NCBI GenBank assembly: GCA_001655205.1
Contig: LPNZ01010155.1
Span: 1 to 35,768 of the forward strand
From: Lenisia limosa
Taxonomy: Eukaryota > Protista > Breviatea
Direction of reading: 5' to 3'
DNA: 35,768 nt
The position numbers and the translations under genes were made by a program. The notes beneath the pieces were generated by a model that saw nothing but the letters and a program-made list of their open reading frames with translations, made no database searches and was not told the origin of the DNA. Positions 22,142 to 34,200 of the stretch are shown one piece after another (within the stretch, counting starts at the first letter, position 1; every line of letters starts with the position of its first letter).

Positions 22142-24094
22142 ATGAACATGACTGACTTTGATGACAAGATCAAGCAAAGCCTGGAGGACTCCTTATCCTC
22201 TACTGAGGTGTGTTGGTTTCTCCCTGCAACACAAATAATTCAAGGGTGTCTCAAGGGGATACGGGAGATTGTTTTTTTTTTATATTAAGGGGGGGGGGGT
22301 TACTTTTTTTTTTTTGNNNNNNNNNNNNNNNNNNNNNNNNNNNNNNNNNNNNNNNNNNNNNNNNNNNNNNNNNNNNNNNNNNNNNNNNNNNNNNNNNNNN
22401 NNNNNGTCAGTGAGCCATTATAATCCGTTCTCTTCGAGGACGTTATCATCTGCAATTCTAACTCCTGATACCTCCTGAATCGGGTTAAGGAGGGGAGTAA
22501 TTTCCTGAATATAATCGTTGTAGGTATGATTGGGAGAATCGCAGGAAGTGATATACACAGACTTGGTAAATGATTGGGTAGATTACTATTCTCTTTTTTC
22601 AATATCATATCTCTTATATTAGTGTGGACAGCTTTGTCCAGATACTCCTTTTTTCATATCTCACACTTTATTCCACTTGGTTAAGGTTTGCTCCTTTTTT
22701 ACTTTGCTTTTCCCTTTTCCCCATGGAGGACAAAGAAGATCAGAGATGGGGATCCGAGATGACACCCCGCTAATTCTGACTCCAATTTTTTGTTTTGCGA
22801 AAAAATACATCAGAAAAGAATAAAATAATAAGACTATTTATATGCTTTCTTTCAATCTTAAAAGGAGGAATGTGTGTAACAAAGTTTCTTGTAAAACTAT
22901 TCAATGAAGATAGTGTTATGTTGAATGAGCCAGATCTTGGTTATGTGACCAGTATGGCTGGTTCGCGGATGATATTGATGGTAGCAATCTTTTGGTCATT
23001 CTGTACTCAAATTTTAGCTAACATACAATCACAATCATATCTGACGTTTCCTTTCTTTCCCCTCCCTTTTTACCCCCCTGTCCCCTTTGTCCCGTAAAGG
23101 ATTCATGATATTAGCATAAAATATGATATTTGTTCTGTATTTGTTTGAAATATGGTCGTTTTGAAAAAATATGACGAATTTCCCGAGAAAAAAAAGTCAT
23201 ATTTTCCGTTTTGGGGGTCATTTTCCCCGAAAAATCATATTTTGTCGCTCTGATCGAACTATTAAAGTTCATCGGAATGTCATATATATTATATGATGAT
23301 TTAGAAGCAGTAAAAATTGAAGTGACGAAGACATTTTATTCTATGTAGTTTTACAATATTTATCTTATCATATCGATATACAGACCACTCCTTTTCTTTT
23401 TTGCTCAAACCTATCGGACATTTGGGACTCTTAGGGCCTCTTGTTGGCTCTGGTCCTTGGTTACTCTTAATAACTCTTATTGTGCAGGGTCTAAAAGATG
23501 GAGGGAATGCAATACTTCAAGATCTAGATCACCAACAAGGTTGGGAAATGGAATGTCGGAACAATGGAATATAGGTATGGGTAGATTAATCCTTCCAGAA
23601 ACTCTTGACAGGGTTGATGAGAGTGTGTCAAAAATAGAATACGTGTCATCGTTGACATCCAGAACTTTGGGGACAATGGGCGGTGTCGTGAGGTCAATGT
23701 TTAACTTGTTGGTGGTGTTGTCTGATAATCCAGAACGACTAATCCTATCCTCTAGCATTAAGCCTCCCGTCAAGCCCCTCGAAAAGCCATCTCCACCAAG
23801 TACTCCTCCTCCACCCACGGTGCTGGCAATTCCTGGCCAGAGGGTATGGGGCACTCAGGAACCAGCAGAGGAAATTGACAACCAAGACGTTCTCTTTAAT
23901 CGATTGGCCTCTAATGTTGCCACAATCAAGTGAGCTGCAAGGACTGAAATCTCATTTACCACACCAGGCATCAGCAACTTACAATTGGAAATAGTGTTGA
24001 AATGTCAACCCACCAAATGAGTGAATTGGATCAAAGAGTTGATAGGCAAAATGACAGAATCAAACAGAATAACAAAGCTATTGAGAAGTTGTAA
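22142..24094 (+). CDS. SNAP-25-family (Qbc) SNARE, multi-exon; N-terminal exon linkage uncertain across an N gap
   Basis: Putative exon 1 MNMTDFDDKIKQSLEDSLSSTE. Qb motif GLKDGGNAILQDLDHQQ|ETLDRVDESVSKIEYVSSLTSRTLGTM, then a Pro-rich linker, then Qc motif EIDNQDVLFNRLASNVATIK|HQQLTIGNSVEMSTHQMSELDQRVDRQNDRIKQNNKAIEKL*. No transmembrane tail. Confidence 0.8.
23165..23245. repeat. Intronic repeat with AAAATATGAC/GTCATATTTT inverted motifs, related to 9508-9545
   Basis: The reverse complement of 23194-23216 (CCCCAAAACGGAAAATATGACTT) matches 9508-9530 (CCCCAAAACGAAAAATATGACTT) at 22/23 positions. Confidence 0.75.
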
Positions 24095-24136
24095 GACGTC
24101 CATTCTATTGGGCTTAATCCCGGTTTGTCATGTTGT

Positions 24137-27100
24137 TTACTTACTTTTGAGAAATGAAAACGCTGTGACGCTTGATAAAATGAGAAATTCCGTATTTACG
24201 ACTAACTGAAGAACTTTGGTTTTAACTATCAAAGCAATAAATACTACTAACACTTCACTTCAAGTGTGGGGGGACTAAGGATGGATTGAAAAAGTGGTGC
24301 AGCGACAATACTGGGTAAGGTTTCGGATTCAGATCCAACAATTTGGGCAACGACGCTTTGTATGTCTTCAAAAGGTCTTTTGAGGAAGTCATCCAGAGAA
24401 GCCTGTGGTATCAATCACATTAGTTATCCTTCTTTACTTTTGAAATCGGGGTTCCTCCAAAGCCTTTAATGATTGCCTTCAGATTATCTTTACGAAGAAT
24501 GGAGTTAAATTGTTTGAGCTAAAGTGTGAATGGAAGAAAAACAGAAATGTCATTGAAAATACATTTCAATTGAGTTAAACGTTCACAACTAACCTTTTGA
24601 CTAATAGCTGAACTAGTAGCATTCTTTGAAGAAAAATACACCAGCTATTTCAATTAGTCAAGAGAAATCTCTACCGAAGAAGTAGAAAGAAAGGATGAAA
24701 CTGACTCAAGATAAAAAGCAATGTTCTCCTCATTGATCCTGTAGCGTGAAGATGCTTCAGCAATCTTACAAAGACTGTTTTGACAGGCTCTCCTGTAGTG
24801 ATTTGTGCACTCGTGAAACCTCACTAGAAATAGTTAAGCGAACAGCAACTCACTGTGAAGACGAAATAGTCAACTGGAGTTGCGCTGCAATCCCATCAAG
24901 GTAAACCACAATAATCTAAATAGTCAGTTGGAGAAATATCTCACTTGTCGTTTCGCAATATGCGAATACTCAATTAGTTTTGGGGTTTCTAGCTGCTCTC
25001 TAAAGCAGTCAAACTTGATAACACTGTACCTACAATCTCAGAATCTGATCAGATGCAGAAGATGAGCGGCGTCTCAAATGTGTTGATGAAGACGTGGAAT
25101 AGGCAGACCTTGGACGACAAAAGGGTTGTCGTACCTTAATCATGATTTCTGGCTTTGAATACTGGAACTAAGGTTCATCCGGTGTCGTTAGCACGGGTGT
25201 AAATGATGATCCAAAAAGTGATACATATGTTGACCCTTCCACTAGTGATATGACCATTATGTAAGGGAGATAGCAAGTGGGTTTACCCTGAGTGCATCAG
25301 AGTTCCACTGATTGTCGGTCGATTATCATACGAGTTCATATCACTACGCGGAAAATGATAGCTCACCGTGACCCCAAAAAGTGATATGTTGACCCATATC
25401 CAAGAGTGATATGACCATATGACCGACTTTTGAGTCGAAATGATGAAAGAAGATAACATGAGGGTTAACCTCGAGTATATCAGAGTATCATCGGTCGATT
25501 GTTAAAGGAGTGGATTGAGGTATCATATCACTGCGTGGAAAATAAAAGTTCACGTGTGAAATGATCCAAAAAGTGATACAATAAGTCTTACCACATCCTT
25601 GATCTGTAAACACGCCATTTGACTAATCTCTGAACAATCTTCACCAATGCTTCCAATGAGCATATTAACGTGTAATGGTGATTTTGAATGTTGGCTTGCT
25701 GTTAAGTAAGAAGTTGAATTATAGCTCTCAACTATGACAACTATCAGTTTTTGGATCCCATTCAAACCGTTTGTACATTGTCTGTACAGACTTTTGCCTG
25801 TAGTGGTTGTGAAGCGAGTTCCAAGTCTGGAGGTAACAGCAACTGCAAAAAACTACTTACAGTTGAACAGATATTTCTGTTGATTTATCTTTACAAGAAA
25901 GTAACATCATATGCTCAGTGCTGCTGTGAGTTGGAAAAATTCGAGAAAAGCCACCTCTCCGTGTATCTTCATCCAAAAGGTCCCTGTTATGTAATAAAAA
26001 GAAACAAAATCGAGAAAATAAGCAGTCGTCATACTGCAAGTCTTGTCTCAGATCTTCGTCAAGATTTGGTACGTCATCCAAGTTGAATAAGCGGGTATCA
26101 GGGTAATATATCGTAGGTGGTAATTTGGAATGCATGTGATAGCGTTTCTAAGACAATGAGGCAAGCAGAGTATACAACTATATATCACATAAAATATTAT
26201 GTATTTTGGAGTATGGAACGTTCTTATCTCATTATGAATAATATACAGAGATCAGTAATTTCTCTGGAACTAACCTCTTCTTTTGAGAGTGAAGGAATGT
26301 GAAGCCCAATAAGTGAAAAGGTATCAGCTAACAAAGCAGACTAAAAGTATGTCGTCTCAATAAAAAAACAGTTCGCACCTTAACCGAGAGGTCCAATGGT
26401 GAATGTGCATGGAGAGCTGGGGATGTATTGACCTCAATTAGCCAAGGACGTAGCGTGTCATCAAGAAGAATATCGTAACCAAAAAGTTCAAAACATGCGT
26501 TACTGGGGATAAATTAAGATGCTGGGTTCATAGCGTTTAAGTATTCTGAAAATCGTCCGCAATACCGTGTAGGGGTAAACATTTCACAGGCGTGGGAGAC
26601 AACAGGCTCAACAGACAGAAGAGTTTTGGTAATTATATCATCGATACTATCCATCATAGCCTCAGTATCTACACCCGCATCGTTAAGATGCTTCAAAAGA
26701 GTTGTCATTGTCCTAACTGTGATAATAATTCTGAACCCACCATTTATGAGCTGAATCATCATTTTCATCAATTGGACTGTGAAATGATGGTGAACTTTTG
26801 TTGACTGAGTAATTTGTCAGATGTTTGTAAAGATTTGATCGGGATTTCATATCTGATGAGTACCTACGAATGAATTCGAAAGTAAACACATACTCTTCAG
26901 AAGCGAATCTAACAAGACCTTCTGAGTGTCGATACAACCGAAGGGGCCTGAATGACGTCACTAAAACATAGATCCTAAGATCAAATTTGAATCCGTCGAT
27001 CAACAATGGGTTGTTGATATATCTGAGAAGTCAGACTCAAATTGAAGGAGCTACCTTGACACAACTGCTGGTTCAGAATAATCCACCTGTCTAGACGATG

Positions 27101-28195
27101 TTATAACTTGGATACCTCTTCCACGTGAAGAAGCTACTGGTTTCATAATCCAAGGGTTATTGTTTGAAACAGACGAAGCCTCAAATTTGTCACGTTCCCT
27201 GATACGTGACGATTGTTTCAACAATGCAGATTAAATAGTCTGCATAAAAATACATACTGTGGAATGACATAAGTTGTTGGGAGGAAGTCAAATTTTCTCT
27301 TTCCATGTTTTTCTTCCATCCTACAGGTAACGAGAAAATCAAAGAAAAGTCCAACTTTTTAATATTAATCATTAGACGGTCTTTTCGTCCTAATTCATCC
27401 GTTCTATCCAGTCAATAAAACCGGAAACAACATTAGCTGAGAAGCACACCTTGGAAAGTGGTTTGTTCTCTGATCAGGAAGAAGAGCCCTGAGTGAAAAT
27501 GGACGGGGTCGATTCGTTTGCCAAATCAGATTTGCTGCTGTTGGTTTCGACACCTCAACACAACCCTTGAGGGGTAAAGAAAAATATAGTCAAAATCATA
27601 TTATAGTAGTTTGTATGTGCATAATCAAAACAAAATCATATCACATGATAACCACTAATGAATAGAGGGAGCATACACCTCACAGCAATTCACTGATATC
27701 ATATATCATTTCACGTTTGTATTTTATTGCCAACACACCAACAAACATTCCAGGTGAGTGTGGACCTCATGAGGGAGGACTCTATTTTGCTAAGGTTAAA
27801 GGAAACGCGCGATGATAAAATGCCAGAATGTGGCAATCGTGACATCTCTGAAGAATAAAATACATAAAATACAAAACTAAACATTGACCAAACATACCAA
27901 TTCTTGAGACTGGGCTCAGCATAAGCACTCTCCGTCTCCCGTTGAACCCTGCAGCAATCATTCTCGGCCCCGCGTGCTGACTCTGTGCGTCATCTTCATC
28001 GCTAGTTGAATCAACACTGATGTCAATTCATCCTTGAGCAAACTTGATCTGAGCTTGAGCTGGCTTATTATGACTCTGTTTCGCCTTTCCTGTTTTAGGC
28101 CTGACATGTTTTGTTGATGATGTGGTCGAGGAGGATGTAGCAGCATACGGTGAATAAGCCGGCCTCTTCCACTTCCACTGTTCAGACATTGACAT
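24137..28195 (-). CDS. TTLL5: Tubulin polyglutamylase, TTLL5/TTLL4-like, multi-exon; last exon uncertain
   Basis: DSTSDEDD near the N-terminus, then NHFPR|[80 protein letters not shown] and [14 protein letters not shown]. Confidence 0.92.
25207..25580 (+). repeat. Tandem array (two units plus the start of a third) of the ~165-190 bp repeat, filling a TTLL5 intron
   Basis: CCAAAAAGTGATA recurs at 25211, 25374 and 25566. Units share TGTTGACCC..AGTGATATGACCA, GGGTT.ACC..GAGT..ATCAGAG and CATATCACT.CG.GGAAAAT. The host intron is 25168-25591. Confidence 0.9.
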
Positions 28196-28256
28196 TATAT
28201 TAAAAAAAACACCAACATCCAGGGTACAGAGAGAGGGAGGAGAGAGGCCCGCCAAG

Positions 28257-31200
28257 ATGGCGGTAGGTTTTTTTTTTTTAAGAAGTCTCGTTTTTGTGGT
28301 GGAGATGATGCGTGGTATAGACAAGGTGTATGTGTGTATGTGTGGATTCGAAAAACAGGTGTTTATATGCCCAAATAATGCGTATCGGTGCCCCAGGTTC
28401 TTGGGAATATTAATTTCCCCGTTTCCGAGCCGCCGCCGGGTCCTCCTCTAGGGAAACGGAGTTAGACCCGCCGGCGAACCAACGGCGAACAGGGAACCTG
28501 TTGCCTGTTGTTTTCCGTTTATCTCTTCCCAAGTTTGCAGTTTGCATGCACTGCTCATGCACTGACTACGTACGTTAAAGGAGGAGACAAGTATGAGCAA
28601 GCAGCAAGGTGTGGAGAAGATGGAGAAGACTGTCTAAGGGCCTTCTCTCCCCCGCCTTACAATGTTTCGACTACAAAAGGTAAATCAACTCATACTTAGC
28701 AGGAATAACACCCCAGAAGTTCTCTTTTTCAGATGCTGTAGATTCTTTGGACTCACTAGCTGAATGGACGGTTGTTCAAAGATGGACTGTTGGCCACACC
28801 ATCAAAGGAAAACTTCTTTTGTGTCAATTTGAAACAAACAAGCATACCGAAGCAAAGAGGACAGTTTTATCAAGTTCAGATTATGAGGTTATTTCTCTTG
28901 TTTGTGGGGGTCTGCTGAAAGCAATAAGAATAATTCAATTTATGGATGGAAGTAACCATCTTAGAAATGGGTTAGTGAGCCGCTCTTCTATTTTGAAGGC
29001 CACCAAAACATCATTTCAGCTGATGTGTCTGGTGATGCAAAGGTCTTTACTTACACTTTCGTGTCCCCTCATTTGGTAGGTTTTAGGTTTCATTGTTACT
29101 TTTTAGGAGTTCTTTACCTTTGTCCGCTCCCATGCGTGTAAAAAGGTATGTCCGCAACGCTTCTTCGTTTCGTAGAAGTCCACAATAAAGCTGGTCTCGT
29201 TGTCAGAATACCTGATATTACATGCATTAGGCAAGACAAGTAGGAAGGCCTTCTTCAAAGTTCCAAAGAGCCTACATCCAGGTCTGAAGTTCGTTTACCT
29301 CCGCCCTGACACCTTTAGCCTGAACCAGTGACTGTTACCAAGTCTGCTGCTGTATACAGGCTTATTCATATCACTGATGGAGACACCGCTTTGTTCTATG
29401 AGGTTGGTGTTGTTTAGTTTGTGTAACTAGTTTCAGACTACAATCAAAAAGAAATCACAAGGGTACACAAGTAGGCTTCAAGGTTTTATAACAGTTGTAT
29501 TGTGAAATGAACCTTTTATTATTTGCCAATTCAACATATTCACAAAACAGTCACCAGCTCAACTGATGGGTTTCTGGATTCATGGCTGGTATGGCACCAT
29601 GTTGATCTCAGAGAAAAGAAGGTCTACTTTTTGCATTGCGAAGGGGTGAAGGGGGTTTTGGACTAACATACCTCTGATTAGGAGCACAGGAAACAGATGT
29701 ATTAATCCTCAGGCACATTCAGTTCTTCGCGTCTGTAGTTTGGAGGGCAAGAAGCACTCCAGACTGCCCGACATCACACTTCCTGTTAGGCTTTACCTTT
29801 CGCACCCTTCTTATACTTAGTTTTCGACAAGAGGATTAGAGCCTCCCGCAACGTTAGTCCATACGCTGCCCCAACCAACATCGGTCAGCAAAAAACGCTT
29901 TTTACCTCATATATTACCTGTTGCATTCCTCACCTTATTAGATTCTTGCTTCACCGCCAATTCCCACAGCAACCACCGAGTTTCAAGAAACCATCTATCC
30001 TCAAGCCCTTGCAGGCCCCACTGCGAGCCAGCCAATCAGATTGATCAAAACCAGATGCGTAAGTTCTATTCTTGGCTTCCTCTCATTCGTCAGGGAAGCA
30101 CATTGTTTTGCTACTGGAAGCCATCAACAAAGAAAAACTGTCTAGATCTTGCAATTTGTTTTATTGAGAGACAAGAAACTGTTGGGAGGGATTCTGCGCA
30201 AGTTGTTCAAATGACAATTTTGTTTTCCTTTGAGAGATGGTCTCATTTTCATAAATTCAGGCGTCAATAGTGGTCCCTTTCCCGCCGTCTATGTCAATTG
30301 ATAGCGCCCTATTGCGTGGGAAAGGGGAAAGGGGCCGAAATCTCCTCAATCTTTGTATTATTACTGTCTTAGATTTGACAATCTCGAGATATTTGGACTG
30401 TATTGTCATCCTATTGCCTGGTGTATACTTCAGGTTAGTGGACAACTGATTTTGTGTTTTTTTTTGCTTATTTTGCAGAGTTGTAGACCCTGGGCACCCC
30501 CACCATCCCATTACATCTTCCTTCTTTGAATCATGTCGTAGGACGGGTTATGGCAAGATAAATTATAATTTGGACTTATTGACTTTCTCTAAATCTATCG
30601 TTCTCGGGACCTATAGGACATCGCCATCGCAACTCTCATGATTGCAGAGTCGGATATGGTTCCATCGCTTACTCCTGAAATCCCTGACACTCCACCCTGC
30701 TTTGGCCATGCTATCACCCCTGTTGCTTTGGGGTGGGCTAATCGTCTCTTGCATGCGCCATTTCTTTGCCCTTCTCACAACCCTTAGAAAGAGCAAAGGT
30801 TCAAGAGCGTCCACTCCATTTTCTTCTTCACCGGTCACCTCTGCCCATCGTAATAGCCCCCTCATTACTCATAGTCCAATTGCAATCAGATCGCCTTATA
30901 AAGCCAGTTGGACCAATTTGTGGGAGGAGAGTGGGTATCAACCGTGTTAAACGAAGTTATATCTCCATTTTCTCATTTCACAGAAAAAGTCCACTATCGC
31001 TGCGGTTACCAACGTCTCCTTCAAGGTCTCCAATGGGGTATGTTGAAGTTGTTGCTTGGTAGCTGCTCATTTTACAGGCTGAGAAGACCAGTCCAAGATG
31101 AAGATCCGTTAGTTCCAACCCCTTTCTTGGTAGGTACAGATGACTGTGAACTAACAAGTCAGCTTGTTCCTTTTGATATGATAGCGACAGAGTCCGATAT

Positions 31201-34200
31201 CTCTAAACCGGTAAGAAGGTTGTTAAGAAGGTACTCTCCTTCTGTTATTCTCACTATGCAGGATGACAAGGGCCTGTACTTGTTTAACTCCGAAACAGGG
31301 GATATTTGGTCGTATCATGCTGATCGAAGGGACATTGAGGCAATTGTAAGTTAAGCAGTATTTGCCCATGACTTTGTGTGAGGGAGTAATATATTCTTCA
31401 GGCCGTCAGTGGATCCATAACGTCTGCACATGTTCATCACCTTCACTTTGCTCTTGTACACAGGAAGGATATGGAACTAGCTGACAAGGTCGGTACATGA
31501 ATAGCGTTTGCTTTCATTGAAGTACTTTTGGACAGTTGCTAACCATCAGATTGTTGCTATCTTGTGCCGTGATCGGTCTAAGGACATTGGAGCCATTTTG
31601 TTCAAAGAATATCTAATAGGTATGCTGAGGTACGCAGAAAGCTGTATGCAAGAGTTGTAAGGTAAGGAATTGGATGAATTAATATTGTTCAAAAATTTCA
31701 CGTCTCCCTATATTATAGGTGTGCTTATTTGTTCTCACCTTTTAGGTGCAATGTATTATTATATGCAAGTATCAGAGCTACCTTTCCTTGCTGCCGTTTT
31801 CCCCCCATCAACCATCCAACAAAATGAGGTATCCCATTTGAATGGCTTTACTCCTTTAGCTTGTTTTGAGCGGAATAACAGTTACCCATTGGTCTGACAC
31901 TGTAAGGGGCTAAACTGTTTTCCTGAATATTATCTGAGCTGATTCCATTATAAATTACACTTCGCTATTAATTTCCTAGGTTCCAAGTACCAATTCCACT
32001 GGACTTCTGAACCTTATTAACTTACTTATGGAGAACGTAAGGGGTAAACTCTTGATCTTCCTGCTGCATTGCATGATATACAAATTTCCTTTGCTTTTAT
32101 TTGGTATCAAGAGTATGCCATTCTAACATTGTAGACTGCTTTGTTAGATGAGCCAAGTCCTTGTTTTTCACTTCTCTCGTCAGCGCTCCAGATGTCGGTC
32201 AAATCTAGTAGGCAAAGCTGTCCAACTTGTAACATGTAGCTTTTGATGAATCATGGAGGCATACTTTCGAAAACTTGAGTCAGTCAACTGAGGTGTTCCT
32301 GACAGCGCTAATGGGTTTGTTCAGCTCCCTCCTACCTTACCAAGCAGTGATTGTGGAGTTAGGAACCGAAAATCCAACCACCAGTGACCCAGCTGCCTGG
32401 CTTTGGAGGGCCCTCGAAATTCAGCACAAATGCTCATTGGAACTGCTGGAGCTGATTTTACGCCCGAGGTGCGTCTTTTTTATTTTTGAATCACACTGCT
32501 CTAGAGGATGGGACAGTAACGGACCGACAAGTGCGCCTCTTTTTGACTTTGGCGTATGATGGTATTGTCGATGAGTCACCATCACATTTCCCAAAAAAAG
32601 AAACTTGACTATTAAGGTTGATGAGGATCACTTCAATCAAGTAACACGAAATGAGTCCCCAATTATGCAGAGCCATAGGTAAAACGCCAATGATCTGGAT
32701 TAACATCAGTAACGAAATCTCATGTTGTAGCCCTGAGCATTTGCCCTATGCCACTGCACCACAGAGCCTGCCTCGCCATCCTTCTTCCAACACCCTACCC
32801 AGTCCTCCAAGCCCTTCTCAGCTCAATGTATGCTCTTGACATTTCAAGTGGAAATTATCTTTCAGATTTCAGTTCCCAAGGAAGATGAGTATTCTGAGGC
32901 TGCTCAGTCATATCATACTGCGGACAACTCGGGAATGGTTAAGTTAGAGGTGATGACACTTATAGCTTTCTGGTATTACCATCAACAATTGACACTTATA
33001 GCCCTCTGNNNNNNNNNNNNNNNNNNNNNNNNNNNNNNNNNNNNNNNNNNNNNNNNNNNNNNNNNNNNNNNGAGTAAAGTTTGTCAGTTTCATCCTTTCT
33101 TTTTAATGATTACAGTATGGTCAACCCTCGCCCTGCTGAAATTATTGAGGTGAGTGGTGCTGAATGTTTATCTTGTTTCCTCGAAAATCCAGCATATCAT
33201 ATCAGCCCCCCCCCCCCCNNNNNNNNNNNNNNNNNNNNNNNNNNNNNNNNNNNNNNNNNNNNNNNNNNNNNNNNNNNNNNNNNNNNNNNNNNNNNNNNNN
33301 NNATTCGATTTTTTTTTTGAATGTTCTTGAAGCTTTTGGACTTTTTGATAATTTCCCTAGCGTCCTCATTTTTTGGGTTTTTTTAGGCCATTTTTCAAAA
33401 AAAAAAGTGTTAAAATCCAATTTTGAAACTCTTATTTTTCAAAAATTGAGGAAGCATATGTAAGTTGAACCTATTGAAAGTGTCCAAAAGCTTCTAGAAT
33501 GTTCGAAAAAAGTTCGAAAATCAACAAAAAATCCCCTTATACTTGAGGTACCCATTAACATATACTACATATAGATCGATATACTTCGAATACTGGACAA
33601 AGTAAACAAATATACATTAGGACCATATGTCGGGGAAGCGTCTTGAAGCGTTTTGGGTCCTCATCCTCTCTGAGGAGGAGGTCCTTGGAGGTGTATAGTG
33701 TTCCTAGCAAGGGCCAGCCTTCTTTGTAGCAACAGCGACCATCTTATGTCATCATATAGTATTATACATATTGTAGTATAATAGCTTATACTATCATACT
33801 AATGTATCCCTATAGAGTGGTCCAGTGAAGTTGGCGATTCCAAATGGAAGTTCTGAAGTTCTCAGCTTGCTTCAAGACTTGACTGTTTGTCAACTCTACT
33901 ATCACTACTTCACTTATTCATTTAGATAACACAAGAAGATTTATTTTTTGATATTCTACCACAAACTCAGGACCTTGTCACGTTTCTCTTGTTCTTGACA
34001 ATGCCGCGACCGTAGGTGTCAAGCACTCGATTATTAAGATTAACACATTAGAATGTTCTCATTGGCGCTTGAACGTGGAATCGTACAAGTGTCTCCTCGG
34101 TAAGTTGGGCTTCTATCATATTTTTTTTCTGTTTTATGTAGGTGCCTTTCCTCACCCACATCTAGGGTTTGTGTTCACAGTGTTGTACGATTGTCAGTCT

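Larger units (their letters stand above)
7374..33302. other. Seven assembly gaps (N runs)
   Basis: 7374-7436, 8243-8402, 19253-19265, 19401-19494, 22317-22405, 33009-33071 and 33219-33302. Several sit next to G/C or A/T homopolymers. Confidence 0.99.

Noticed and set aside
23477-23854. 125-aa minus-strand ORF, considered as the TTLL5 C-terminus
   Set aside because: It is the codon-aligned antisense of the SNARE exon, whose plus-strand frame carries recognisable SNARE motifs.
28028-28030. Selenocysteine or UGA reassignment in TTLL5
   Set aside because: A plausible 27-nt intron removes the codon. TGA appears to serve as a stop elsewhere (12330), Trp is encoded by TGG in conserved motifs, and I recognised no SECIS.
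7287-33463. ORF-track entries containing X runs
   Set aside because: Artefacts of translating through N gaps; gap lengths are estimates and do not preserve frame.
16610-33520. GTTCGA T-loop-like hexamers (about 16615, 18884, 33501, 33512) as possible tRNAs
   Set aside because: No cloverleaf or A-box context; these sites fall within coding genes or a repeat element.
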